Shown one piece after another: positions 17,605-25,960 of a stretch of DNA of 64,000 nt; the stretch's first letter is position 1; each line of letters begins with the position of its first letter. The stretch is from a virus (taxonomy: Duplodnaviria; Caudoviricetes). The notes under the pieces were generated by a model. It was not told where the DNA came from. It was given only the letters and a program-made list of their open reading frames with translations, and did no database searches. Location: IMG/VR virus record IMGVR_UViG_3300025087_000689; one strand, written 5' to 3'. The position numbers were made by a program, and so were the translations under genes.

Positions 17605-18357
17605 TTAGTTGATTATCAAATTGATCAGAGTTTGGCCGATCTTGGAAGTATCCGTTTCGGTCTTATTGGCTCTGGACCTAGCACGTTTGACACCTTCAAT
17701 AAGAGTATCACATCGAGCCAACATCTGTGACTTCTCCAAAGGAGAAAGAGAACCAGCTGTAAGAACCTCCTTGAACTCACCTACAGGTTCATCGGTAGTG
17801 ATGAGTTGGGCTTGGGCTGGATGTTTGTCAGTTGCTTCAGCAAGAGTAATCGGTTTCTGCATCTTCCTTGTTCTGACACGTTTGAATTCTTCTGTCTTGT
17901 AGATGCCTTCCTGTTCGTCTTTCTTCCACTTGTGGAGAGGATCTAATGTAGGGATGTTTTCCAAGACTCCACGCAATGACGTGAGGATCTTTTCATACTG
18001 GACGAGAGCTGTAACAGGAAGATCCTTTGCAATTTCAACGTCTTTACCAGAGCCATCATCTACCAAAAGATTGGCCTTGGCAACAGCATTGGTCCGTTCC
18101 TTTTGCAGAATGATGTCCATATGTTTGACAATGTATGGCATCGTATACTTGAGTTTAGCACCGACAGTTGTAACAATCGGTTTTACTTCTGCTTCAGGTC
18201 TGTCCCTGTCAGCGTCATTGAAAGGATTGTATGTCTTGGCGGATCCAACAAAGTGATCCTTCTTTGTTGCGAATGTGTGTTGTGTTTCGGCGAGAATCTT
18301 CACTGCTGTGTTCTTTGCATCGCCTTCAACGGCGATAAGTTCGTGTAACTGACCCAT
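17605..18357 (-). CDS. conserved helical phage protein (from memory DUF7873-like; unverified)
   Basis: SD AAGGAGG; MGQLHELIAVE start, IPTLDP, HPAQ, RARSRAN motifs. Confidence 0.7.
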   Translation of the reverse strand: MGQLHELIAVEGDAKNTAVKILAETQHTFATKKDHFVGSAKTYNPFNDADRDRPEAEVKPIVTTVGAKLKYTMPYIVKHMDIILQKERTNAVAKANLLVDDGSGKDVEIAKDLPVTALVQYEKILTSLRGVLENIPTLDPLHKWKKDEQEGIYKTEEFKRVRTRKMQKPITLAEATDKHPAQAQLITTDEPVGEFKEVLTAGSLSPLEKSQMLARCDTLIEGVKRARSRANKTETDTSKIGQTLINLIIN

Positions 18358-18399
18358 TAGGTCCTCCTTTTAAGTTTAAATATGAGACTAAAAATTCAA

Positions 18400-18473
18400 C
18401 ATCCCCTGAGAGGTTTGCACTCCCGACCTAAACATTAGAAGTGTTTTGCTCTATCTAGCTGAGCTAAGGGGAC
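18400..18473 (-). tRNA. tRNA-Arg(TCT)
   Basis: AAACA-CTTCTAA-TGTTT anticodon arm; atypical T loop TGCAAAC. Confidence 0.85.
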
Positions 18474-18481
18474 AAAATCTA

Positions 18482-18556
18482 CATTCCCGGAGAGATTTGA
18501 ACTCCCAACATTTTGCTTCGTAGGCAAAAGCTCTAATCCAATTGAGCTACGGGAAT
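18482..18556 (-). tRNA. tRNA-Arg(ACG)
   Basis: TTTGC-CTACGAA-GCAAA; ATTCCCG/CGGGAAT acceptor. Confidence 0.9.
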
Positions 18557-18569
18557 AAAATTAAACATC

Positions 18570-19000
18570 AGACACTTTAAAATGACACAAAATTGTGCCA
18601 GTTACTTCCGTTTTAATTTAAAGACGTTCTACGAGTTCTACTGGCTGAAGTCACGTAGATTATACACGAAACACCTTCCTGGATTTGTCTCTTTGGCGTT
18701 GCCATGCTAGACCGTTCCCTAGGTCTCTATGTCTAGCTAATCCTCCACAATACCAGGTAAGAGTCGGATTCTATTGGCGGTTATTTCCGCCGAATTTAAA
18801 ATATTGTGGCCGTGACAGCCTGTCCCCAGTTATTATGAACTCAATCATAATATCCTATTACTTTGGGTTTCCCATGAGACACTGATAGGACAATACACTA
18901 ACCCCGAAGGGCATATTAATATCTAATCAGGTAGCTTTATATGATTCCGCTTACGAACCTCTGCAGATTCACGCCATAGAATCAGATTAAACAACTAATT
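18570..19000 (-). ncRNA. candidate large structured ncRNA (~430 nt)
   Basis: no convincing ORF; dense hairpins CCC-TTCG-GGG, GG-GAAA-CC, GGCGG/CCGCC, GCTAGAC/GTCTAGC, CCACAATA/TATTGTGG, GCCAGT/ACTGGC. Confidence 0.55.
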
Positions 19001-19015
19001 AAAATTTTATTTAAA

Positions 19016-19265
19016 TTATTTAATCCTTGATGGAAATCCACCTCTGTCTTGGTTTGCTCGTTTGGTTTTTGGTTTACCAATAACTTTAATTTCATTTTCG
19101 TCTAGCCAATAACCCTCAGGAAGCTTACCTTCCTTGTCTATCATGGGGTGTAATCCAATAACGATTACAACCATTAAGATGTTCTGAACGGCAGGTAACA
19201 GTTCCTTCGAAACCAGAAATACTGCTCTTTACCTTAGAACCAAGTTCAATTGCAAAAACACTCAT
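19016..19265 (-). pseudogene. frameshifted conserved small phage protein
   Basis: LGSKVKSSISGFEGTVTCRSEHLNGCNRY...| DKEGKLPEGYWLDE...GGFP; one extra C at 19145-19148. Confidence 0.7.
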
Positions 19266-19289
19266 ACTGTCTCCTTATAAAAATATAAA

Positions 19290-19510
19290 CGTTAAATCGG
19301 AGGAGACTTTACGGTATAAGTCTCCAAACCTCTGAGTTTGACAAAAACTCAATAACACAGGGCGACGTTGACGGTCCTAGCGGAGAGGAAGGATACCGTC
19401 GGATGTCCGTTCGTGCTCCGCCTTTTTGCCTGTTCGGTTAGCCAAGTTAGACTTCTGTGTCTCACCCAGCCATTTAGGGTGCAGAAGGGGGTGACAGCCG
19501 AGTCAGGTCT
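19290..19510 (-). ncRNA. candidate structured RNA (~220 nt)
   Basis: GC-rich intergenic: CTTCTG/CAGAAG with CACCC/GGGTG, GACGGT/ACCGTC, GAGTTT/AAACTC, GGAGACTT/AAGTCTCC. Confidence 0.4.
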
Positions 19511-19698
19511 TATTCGCATTCATATTCCTGTAGATATGGACTATAAAGATTTTCTGTCATGGCAGTCCAACATCCTTTAATTGTTTCAGGGTATCTTGTT
19601 TCCATAGAATCCCAAAAACGGTAGATTGTTTGACGACCACCAGATTGATGTTTATCCCACTCACCCCAGAACCAATCTATGTCTTCGCGTGCGATCAT
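19510..19698 (-). CDS. hypothetical protein
   Basis: 62-aa ORF. Confidence 0.5.
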   Translation of the reverse strand: MIAREDIDWFWGEWDKHQSGGRQTIYRFWDSMETRYPETIKGCWTAMTENLYSPYLQEYECE

Positions 19699-19918
19699 AA
19701 CTCGTTTTACTTGTGGTTTTGTAACTTGTTCAGTTTATTGCATATTGGTAGTTGTTTCAGGAGTTTTTGCTAGAACTATAGGTTGTGATATAGTTCTAGC
19801 TGATGTTATTCTTCTTGGAGTATTAGATGTAATACTTATAAAGCTCATGAACGCTATAGCAAATAAAATGACTACTCCAATCATGACCGTTACTTGTTTC
19901 ATACAAATCCTATATTAG
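19679..19918 (-). CDS. hypothetical basic protein
   Basis: 79-aa ORF slot in the operon; the ORF track strand label and coding frame were not independently confirmed. Confidence 0.25.
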
Positions 19919-20541
19919 ATGTTATATTTTAATAAGTAATCAGGCGATATTACTTTAAAACTAATCCGGTTTAAACTAAAATCGTTTAGCTCTCGGATTA
20001 CTATACCCTCTCTAAGATCATCAGGACCTGATTCGTAGGAGCCTTTCGACATCTCCACGAGTTTATCAATCGTGGTGTCTTTTAAAGATATAACATGATT
20101 CACAACTGGAACAGTTTTCAGTCCTAGGAAGGTGCAAACAAGACCCATCTCAACAGGATCTAAATATCTGTGTTGTTTGACGTTATATACGTTAAAAACA
20201 AACAGTTCAAGTTCTTTGAGCTTGCATCTGTTCTTCTGTATACCTGGACCTGCTATTTCACCTTGGATCCAAAGTGTTTCACCATAACTTTTGAGTTGTT
20301 TTTTGAGATTATATTTTATCGCGATTTTACTCCAGTTTGAGTTATCATCCTCTTTCTTTTTTAATTCGCGGGAGTATATTCCAAAGAAATCGCGGAAGAT
20401 ACCTTTCTTATAATAGTAAGTCGCAGAACAATTATGAACTAAAATACCGTTAGCAAAATAATTATGAAATGATGTTTCTATATCATATTTTTTAGAATTG
20501 TTTTCTATTTTCTTGATGAATACAATTTCATCCGTTTTCAT
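19915..20541 (-). CDS. split-intein C-fragment (37 aa) + RNA ligase C-extein
   Basis: YDIETSFHNYFANGILVHN|CSATYY; then QGEIAGPGIQKN, FVFNV, LREGIVIR, SFKVISPDYLLK ligase motifs. Confidence 0.9.
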   Translation of the reverse strand: MKTDEIVFIKKIENNSKKYDIETSFHNYFANGILVHNCSATYYYKKGIFRDFFGIYSRELKKKEDDNSNWSKIAIKYNLKKQLKSYGETLWIQGEIAGPGIQKNRCKLKELELFVFNVYNVKQHRYLDPVEMGLVCTFLGLKTVPVVNHVISLKDTTIDKLVEMSKGSYESGPDDLREGIVIRELNDFSLNRISFKVISPDYLLKYNI

Positions 20542-20542
20542 A

Positions 20543-21541
20543 TTAGTTCTCCATTTTTTTTAAGATTAGTTGTTCTAATTTTTTTTTATCTTTAAAACAA
20601 TTTTTAATTTCATCTTCCCAAATATACACAACTTTAAATCCTTTAGATTCTGCTAATTTCTTTTTTTCTTTGTCGTAGTCCCAAATTTCTCTTGCTGATT
20701 CAATTCCATAATTGAATTTGATAAGATCATCAGCCTTATATATGTTTGGATTAGCGTGCCAATAATCTCCATTTACTTCAATAATAATTTTATTATCGAT
20801 TAATATATCATAGATTCTTCGTTTTTTATTTGAAATTTTAATAACAAAATTTATACTGAATGGAATATTAAGTTTTAGTAAAATCTCTCTAATAGAATAT
20901 TCTAATGAAGAGTTATAAATTCCTCCACTTTTACAATTTGCTTCAATACATTTATCGTTTAGTAATGATTTATTTAGCCATTCATTTTTTTCTTCGTCTG
21001 TAATGTTCTTCCATTTATCTTTCATTACCTTTGAAAAGTATTCTGTTCGTGTCACTCCATATTTTGTTAGTAGGTTACTATCTAAACTTGTTTTTATTTT
21101 TTCAATAATTTCTTTTACTTGAAATATATTATCTATATCATTACCATACTTTTTATGTAATGTATTTTTAGTTGTAGGTAGTTGAAATGTATTTTTAACT
21201 CCATATTTTTTTATACATGTATTTTTATATTTGTCTCTTGTTTCTTTGAGATTTGTGGATTCTTTAATAGTTCTTTTTTTAATATTAAAATATTTTAGCA
21301 AAAATAATGTAAAAGAATAATTAATATCGTATTCTTTTTTTAAGTCTGGTAAAGATTTTTTATTATTAATATATAAATCTTCTAATTTTTCTTTATTACA
21401 TAAAGTAGGATAATTATGTTTAATACATAAATACTTTAGTTCAGTAACATTTGTACTTGTTTTTTCTTTACATCTTCTTAGATGAGAGGTTTCTCCTCGT
21501 GGTTTTAGTTCTCTAGAACAAAACGGACATTTAAGTATCAC
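20543..21541 (-). CDS. free-standing Vsr-like (DUF559-type) homing endonuclease
   Basis: YDILIDNKIIIEVNGDYWHANP...DKEKKKLAESKGFKVVYIWE; KKYGV repeats; own promoter and SD. Confidence 0.85.
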   Translation of the reverse strand: MILKCPFCSRELKPRGETSHLRRCKEKTSTNVTELKYLCIKHNYPTLCNKEKLEDLYINNKKSLPDLKKEYDINYSFTLFLLKYFNIKKRTIKESTNLKETRDKYKNTCIKKYGVKNTFQLPTTKNTLHKKYGNDIDNIFQVKEIIEKIKTSLDSNLLTKYGVTRTEYFSKVMKDKWKNITDEEKNEWLNKSLLNDKCIEANCKSGGIYNSSLEYSIREILLKLNIPFSINFVIKISNKKRRIYDILIDNKIIIEVNGDYWHANPNIYKADDLIKFNYGIESAREIWDYDKEKKKLAESKGFKVVYIWEDEIKNCFKDKKKLEQLILKKMEN

Positions 21542-21564
21542 ATCAACCTCCTTAGTATATCTAT

Positions 21565-21593
21565 ATTATACTAAAAAGATTGAATGAATTCTA
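21565..21593 (-). promoter_or_regulatory. promoter for the intervening endonuclease
   Basis: TAGAAT-N17-TATAAT, then AAGGAGG. Confidence 0.55.
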
Positions 21594-22472
21594 GTTTTCT
21601 AGTAAAATATCTCCTTCTTTCAAATCTTCTACTTTGCGATAACAGTAAGAATTTGGTAAATATATCTTATGATTACCTGTAACTTTTATGATTTTACCAT
21701 TTTTTGTGGTGATTTCATACCATTCGTGTTTATTTTCATTTATAAAAGTATTTTTAATTCTAGTTAATTGTATTTTATTAGTTGTAGGATTTACACCAAA
21801 TACTTTACCTTTATATTTAGTGTCGCAAATTTCTTTTATTGTTTTTAGTCCTTTATCTGTGTGAAGTATTGTATTTTCATCAAGACAACCATCAATTTTA
21901 GTTGTAACATACCACTTTTTATCTGAGTTAAGATGAGGTTCAAGATCACGGAAGATAGCTTGTACCCTTGTTTCATCTGTATGAGGAATGCAAGAAGGCC
22001 AACCTTTATCCTTCTTTCTGAAGATAAGAGGTCGTATCTTACGATATAACTTGAACTTACAAAGAAAATGATCAATCGGATGTTGTCTTTTAGCAGTAGG
22101 TGAACATTCACCAGCTTCATCTGTATCGATCTTAGTTACACCTATGATGTCTGTTACATCCATTCCCTCAATAGGGTCTACGATTGCAGGAAAGTCCTTT
22201 AAAGGCATGATAAGACCTTGTGATGTCACACCACGCATTTTCAAAGTTTTGACCTTGTAATGCCTTTTTTCCATAAAGGAGAAGGCTGGAATTATAGGTA
22301 ATCTTGAATCGATCTCAAAATAGATCACAAGATCCCCGGTTTTAATACCGTTATCTATAGCTGTTATACATTTCCATCCATTACCATGCATACTAGCTAA
22401 GACTATTTTATCTGCACCAGGAATAACTTCAAGTGAACTGATTTTTTGTATTGATGCTAGCTGACGAGTCAT
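21591..22472 (-). CDS. RNA ligase (DRB0094/Rnl2-like) N-extein + split-intein N-fragment (98 aa, 21594-21887)
   Basis: LASIQKI...GADKI...YFEIDS, HTDETRVQ, TTKIDG|CLDENT...KVTGNHKIY...LKEGDILLEN*. Confidence 0.9.
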   Translation of the reverse strand: MTRQLASIQKISSLEVIPGADKIVLASMHGNGWKCITAIDNGIKTGDLVIYFEIDSRLPIIPAFSFMEKRHYKVKTLKMRGVTSQGLIMPLKDFPAIVDPIEGMDVTDIIGVTKIDTDEAGECSPTAKRQHPIDHFLCKFKLYRKIRPLIFRKKDKGWPSCIPHTDETRVQAIFRDLEPHLNSDKKWYVTTKIDGCLDENTILHTDKGLKTIKEICDTKYKGKVFGVNPTTNKIQLTRIKNTFINENKHEWYEITTKNGKIIKVTGNHKIYLPNSYCYRKVEDLKEGDILLEN

Positions 22473-22635
22473 AATTAATCCTTTATTTTTTCAATTATTT
22501 TAGTGAATTGGTCTCGGATTCTGATGGCTTCATCCTTATATATGATTTTTGAAGCATATCCTTCTTTATAGTCGTTCATAGTTACCAATAACCTATCTGG
22601 AGAATTGCCAGAAATTCGAACTCTTATACAGTCCA

Positions 22636-23162
22636 TTATTTACTCCTTGTAACTCTCTTTTTTCTTACAACTCTTTGAGGTTGTGTTATTGTCGTTGATG
22701 TATAATTTGATGGTGAATAATAACCTGAACACATATCTGCAGTAATACTATTCATTTTGTTTAAGATGTCTTGTATATCAGTGGGGTCTGAATTTCGATT
22801 TTTATTTGGTGGAGTATATTGTCCGTTTAAATTAGATGGACGTTGTTGTTCTATAAGAACTCCGTGTGTTGTAATATTCTTATGTTCATCATATGCTTCA
22901 CATATTAGATTACGTCCTATACCTGTATATACACAACGTAAAACACAACCTGTTTGAAATCCTCTTTGTGTAAGAGCTACAACAATGCCAAACTTTCCGG
23001 TTTGTTTCTCTTTTTTGTATGTGTAAATGTAAGAGAGAAAGTGTTGTCTTTAATAACACTTATATCTTTAACTCTAGACTTAATACGTCTTAAAATCATT
23101 ATCTGTCGGATTGGAGTTAAAAATTTGCGACATAATCTCGCAAAATGAATACGTAATGTCAT
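22636..23162 (-). CDS. ORF pair joined by a -1 shift at A_AAA_AAG (or frameshifted gene)
   Basis: SD AGGAG + ATG 23162; the -1 frame is open across the A6G run (~23010-23016) and runs about 125 codons to TAA 22636. Confidence 0.5.
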
Positions 23163-23184
23163 GTGACTCCTATCAATAAAAATT

Positions 23185-23269
23185 TCTGTGCGGCAAGATT
23201 CGAACTTGCGATGTCTTTCGACTCCTGGTCCCAAACCAGGTGACCTTAACCAGACTATCCGATGCTCAG
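23185..23269 (-). tRNA. tRNA-Pro(TGG), degenerate, with extra arm
   Basis: CCTGG-TTTGGGA-CCAGG; variable hairpin GTC-GAAA-GAC; two acceptor mismatches. Confidence 0.7.
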
Positions 23270-23317
23270 ATATTATAGTTTATATTCAAACTATTATGTC
23301 AAAGAACTCTAATTTAA

Positions 23318-23390
23318 TCCGACTGCAGGAACTTGCATCCTGTTATTAGGTCCCACAAACCTATGCATTACTATATATGCTACAGAAGGG
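23318..23390 (-). tRNA. tRNA-His(GTG), degenerate
   Basis: TAGGT-TTGTGGG-ACCTA; T loop TGCAAGT; two acceptor mismatches. Confidence 0.65.
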
Positions 23391-23423
23391 ATGAATGCTT
23401 CTAACTACACTATCAATACCATA

Positions 23424-23729
23424 TTATATCATATCTAAAATATTAATGTTTTTTGGAACACTATGTTTATGAGATATCTTTGTATGAATGTGATACACTT
23501 TTCCTTCAATCTCGTCTTCAGCTGGCATATCATAGAATTTTCCAGTAAAATTGATCTTAAATGGATCATCATAGGGTATATTCGTACCAGATATACATAC
23601 TGGAAAAGTCTCACTATTTGCTAATTTATAGTAGACATGTTTTATAAACTGTCCGTGTGCGTCACGTCCATTAATTATTTCAACAATGGAATTACGCTTA
23701 AGATGCTCCATGAATTCATTAGTATTCAT
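23424..23729 (-). CDS. hypothetical protein
   Basis: 101-aa ORF. Confidence 0.6.
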   Translation of the reverse strand: MNTNEFMEHLKRNSIVEIINGRDAHGQFIKHVYYKLANSETFPVCISGTNIPYDDPFKINFTGKFYDMPAEDEIEGKVYHIHTKISHKHSVPKNINILDMI

Positions 23730-23784
23730 AGATCAATGGATCTCATTGTTTGTACCGTTAAGCATATTGTACTCCAAACGAATG

Positions 23785-24009
23785 TTAGAAATCAAGTGGA
23801 ATTAGAGGTTCTGGGTTCTTATGTTCCCACAATTCTGACGGTCTTTTGATCTTAATAATCTGTTTTTTCTGGATAATACAACCATCTCTTATAAGTGGAT
23901 CCACTAACTTGTACGCATCAGCTATGCATTCCTCACATTCTTCACACAAGTTATCATAGTTAGTACATGAAGCAAATTTAACTGATTCACCAATTTCATA
24001 TACACTCAT
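23785..24009 (-). CDS. hypothetical Cys-rich protein
   Basis: 74-aa ORF. Confidence 0.6.
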   Translation of the reverse strand: MSVYEIGESVKFASCTNYDNLCEECEECIADAYKLVDPLIRDGCIIQKKQIIKIKRPSELWEHKNPEPLIPLDF

Positions 24010-24010
24010 A

Positions 24011-24250
24011 TTACGATTTAACGTTTATCTGACTTCGTAAAAGTAACTGACATAGAAATGTTAAACACCAAGCCATTCTCCATGTTATCTTTGGAAAGCC
24101 AAAGACAGTTGGAATAACAAAATTCCAACATAACATGACAAGAACTGCAATTAGGCAGCTAATAATAGCTGCTATTACTAGTCCAATTAGAACTAGTACA
24201 GTTGTAGAAACGATTGTTGTGAGATTCATTCTCCTTGAAAAGTAATTCAT
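24011..24250 (-). CDS. small membrane protein
   Basis: LCWNFVIPTVFGFPKITW motif, hydrophobic. Confidence 0.7.
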   Translation of the reverse strand: MNYFSRRMNLTTIVSTTVLVLIGLVIAAIISCLIAVLVMLCWNFVIPTVFGFPKITWRMAWCLTFLCQLLLRSQINVKS

Positions 24251-24256
24251 TCATTA

Positions 24257-24511
24257 TTAGTCTAGAAAAACATCAAATCTCTTTTCGGACTTGTTGAGAA
24301 ATTCTATTTTTCCATTATTAATTTTATAAGGAGACAGTCTGACGTCTCGATTACCATCCTTATCATATATTGCTATGACAATAAAGTTATCGTCGCTATC
24401 TAGAACAGGAGTTGTCATAACAAATACTATAAATGAAGCACCTGTTTCGTGTCCTTTGTTAACTAAAGATTGTACGACTCCAGATTCTGGTATAATTCCT
24501 TGTAGCTTCAC
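24257..24511 (-). CDS. hypothetical protein
   Basis: 84-aa ORF. Confidence 0.55.
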   Translation of the reverse strand: MKLQGIIPESGVVQSLVNKGHETGASFIVFVMTTPVLDSDDNFIVIAIYDKDGNRDVRLSPYKINNGKIEFLNKSEKRFDVFLD

Positions 24512-24568
24512 ATACTATGCACCTATTCACATCTCCACATCCAGTAATGGATACAAAATCTCCTTCTC

Positions 24569-24802
24569 TCATAGTATTGGTATAATTCCATGTGGTGGAT
24601 CATATGTATATAGGTCAATTTGTTTAGGGTGAAGAAATACTTGTGTTGTCGTTACTTGGTTTTGTGTTATACCCTTTATTGTGTCGTATCTCCAGCCGGA
24701 AAGATCATAGTTTCCTGATCTTTTACATTCTTCTTTTGGGCAAGAGCTACATTCTGGATAAGCCCAACAACCTTTGAAACGTATTTTATCTCTAATATTC
24801 AT
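24569..24802 (-). CDS. hypothetical Cys-rich protein
   Basis: 77-aa ORF. Confidence 0.55.
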   Translation of the reverse strand: MNIRDKIRFKGCWAYPECSSCPKEECKRSGNYDLSGWRYDTIKGITQNQVTTTQVFLHPKQIDLYTYDPPHGIIPIL

Positions 24803-25476
24803 AATTGGTCAAATATGGGATTGGACGTATTAAATAGATGTTTTCCATGCCATTGAGAGAACTTAACGTTTGGCTCACTGTGCTGTAATTCTATGCGATT
24901 ACCGTCTTCATCTGACTGATAGCCATAAAGTGAGTCTGTTCTCCAGAAATCATACATGATATATTGTGGCTCGTACTGTGATGTAATATATGTTGGGTTC
25001 TGCATATCACAAGCTATTCCGCCATATGAACCAGGAATAACACGGTTAACGGCAATAGTCAGTCTTATACCATCATTATCATCCCATGTACCTGCGTAAT
25101 ATTCAATAGGTAACCATCCCGCGATTTGTGCGGCCCAGAAATCTAAATACTCTTCATAGGTACGACCATCGGTTCCAATGACATTTCCGTTGCCATCGGT
25201 ACGCCAAGCATCGCCTACACAGCAGTTGCAGCTGGCATCGATATGAGACATACAATGAGGTACCCATGGCGGGGCACCACTGACTTCTGTGATCTTGCGT
25301 TTCCACGCGGCATAACATTCACCGTTGGCCCTGAAAGTCCACCAGGTCGTATCTTGTGGGTGTAACACTTCCCACTCAATATAAGTTACAGGAAATGTTA
25401 CATTCATGCCAGAAGGATCTGTTATGTCGAAACATCCAGTTATGATCAAGAAAACTACTAGGAGTAAGTATTTCAT
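24799..25476 (-). CDS. putative lipoprotein
   Basis: SD AAGGAGG; signal peptide with lipobox ITGC. Confidence 0.75.
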   Translation of the reverse strand: MKYLLLVVFLIITGCFDITDPSGMNVTFPVTYIEWEVLHPQDTTWWTFRANGECYAAWKRKITEVSGAPPWVPHCMSHIDASCNCCVGDAWRTDGNGNVIGTDGRTYEEYLDFWAAQIAGWLPIEYYAGTWDDNDGIRLTIAVNRVIPGSYGGIACDMQNPTYITSQYEPQYIMYDFWRTDSLYGYQSDEDGNRIELQHSEPNVKFSQWHGKHLFNTSNPIFDQL

Positions 25477-25552
25477 ATGTCCTCCTTCACATAAAAAAAG
25501 CTAATCATAAAGATATAGGTAGCCTTGGCTGGACAAGAAAGTGAAGTAACGT

Positions 25553-25960
25553 TTATGCGTGTTTATACTGTTTCTTTTTAGAATGCCAGGTTTTGAGGTT
25601 TTTAAGAGGTGTAATCATCGCCGTTTTCTTATCCCATTCATGCTGACATTTGCAACAATGCCATTCAGGTGTTTTAACCTTACGTGTATGAATGAATGGT
25701 TTTGTAGTACCACATTCAGGACAACGATTTACAATGGGTTTTATAGCTTTGAAATCGTGTTTCTTTGCCCAGTATTCAGATGTATGTACATACTTACGAA
25801 TACCTTTCTGTTTGGATCCAGATAACGTTTCATGAAAATTCAGTTCTCGTTTCATGTAGCGTCCTTCATGTGCATCAATGCTTTCCATGGCTTTTGAAAT
25901 AGCTACGTTCATAAGACTGAGAACGTTTCTTGCAAATTTCTTTTCCGTTGCTGTAGACAT
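25553..25960 (-). CDS. Zn-ribbon protein
   Basis: CPECG...CCKCQHEW. Confidence 0.65.
   Translation of the reverse strand: MSTATEKKFARNVLSLMNVAISKAMESIDAHEGRYMKRELNFHETLSGSKQKGIRKYVHTSEYWAKKHDFKAIKPIVNRCPECGTTKPFIHTRKVKTPEWHCCKCQHEWDKKTAMITPLKNLKTWHSKKKQYKHA

Noticed and set aside
18570-19510. RNase P RNA or group I/II intron
   Set aside because: No GAGGAAAGUCC/P4 signature, no P7 R/S pair, no domain V
22977-23234. ORF starting MGPGVERH
   Set aside because: Its 5' part is the tRNA-Pro sequence; the SD-supported start is 23162
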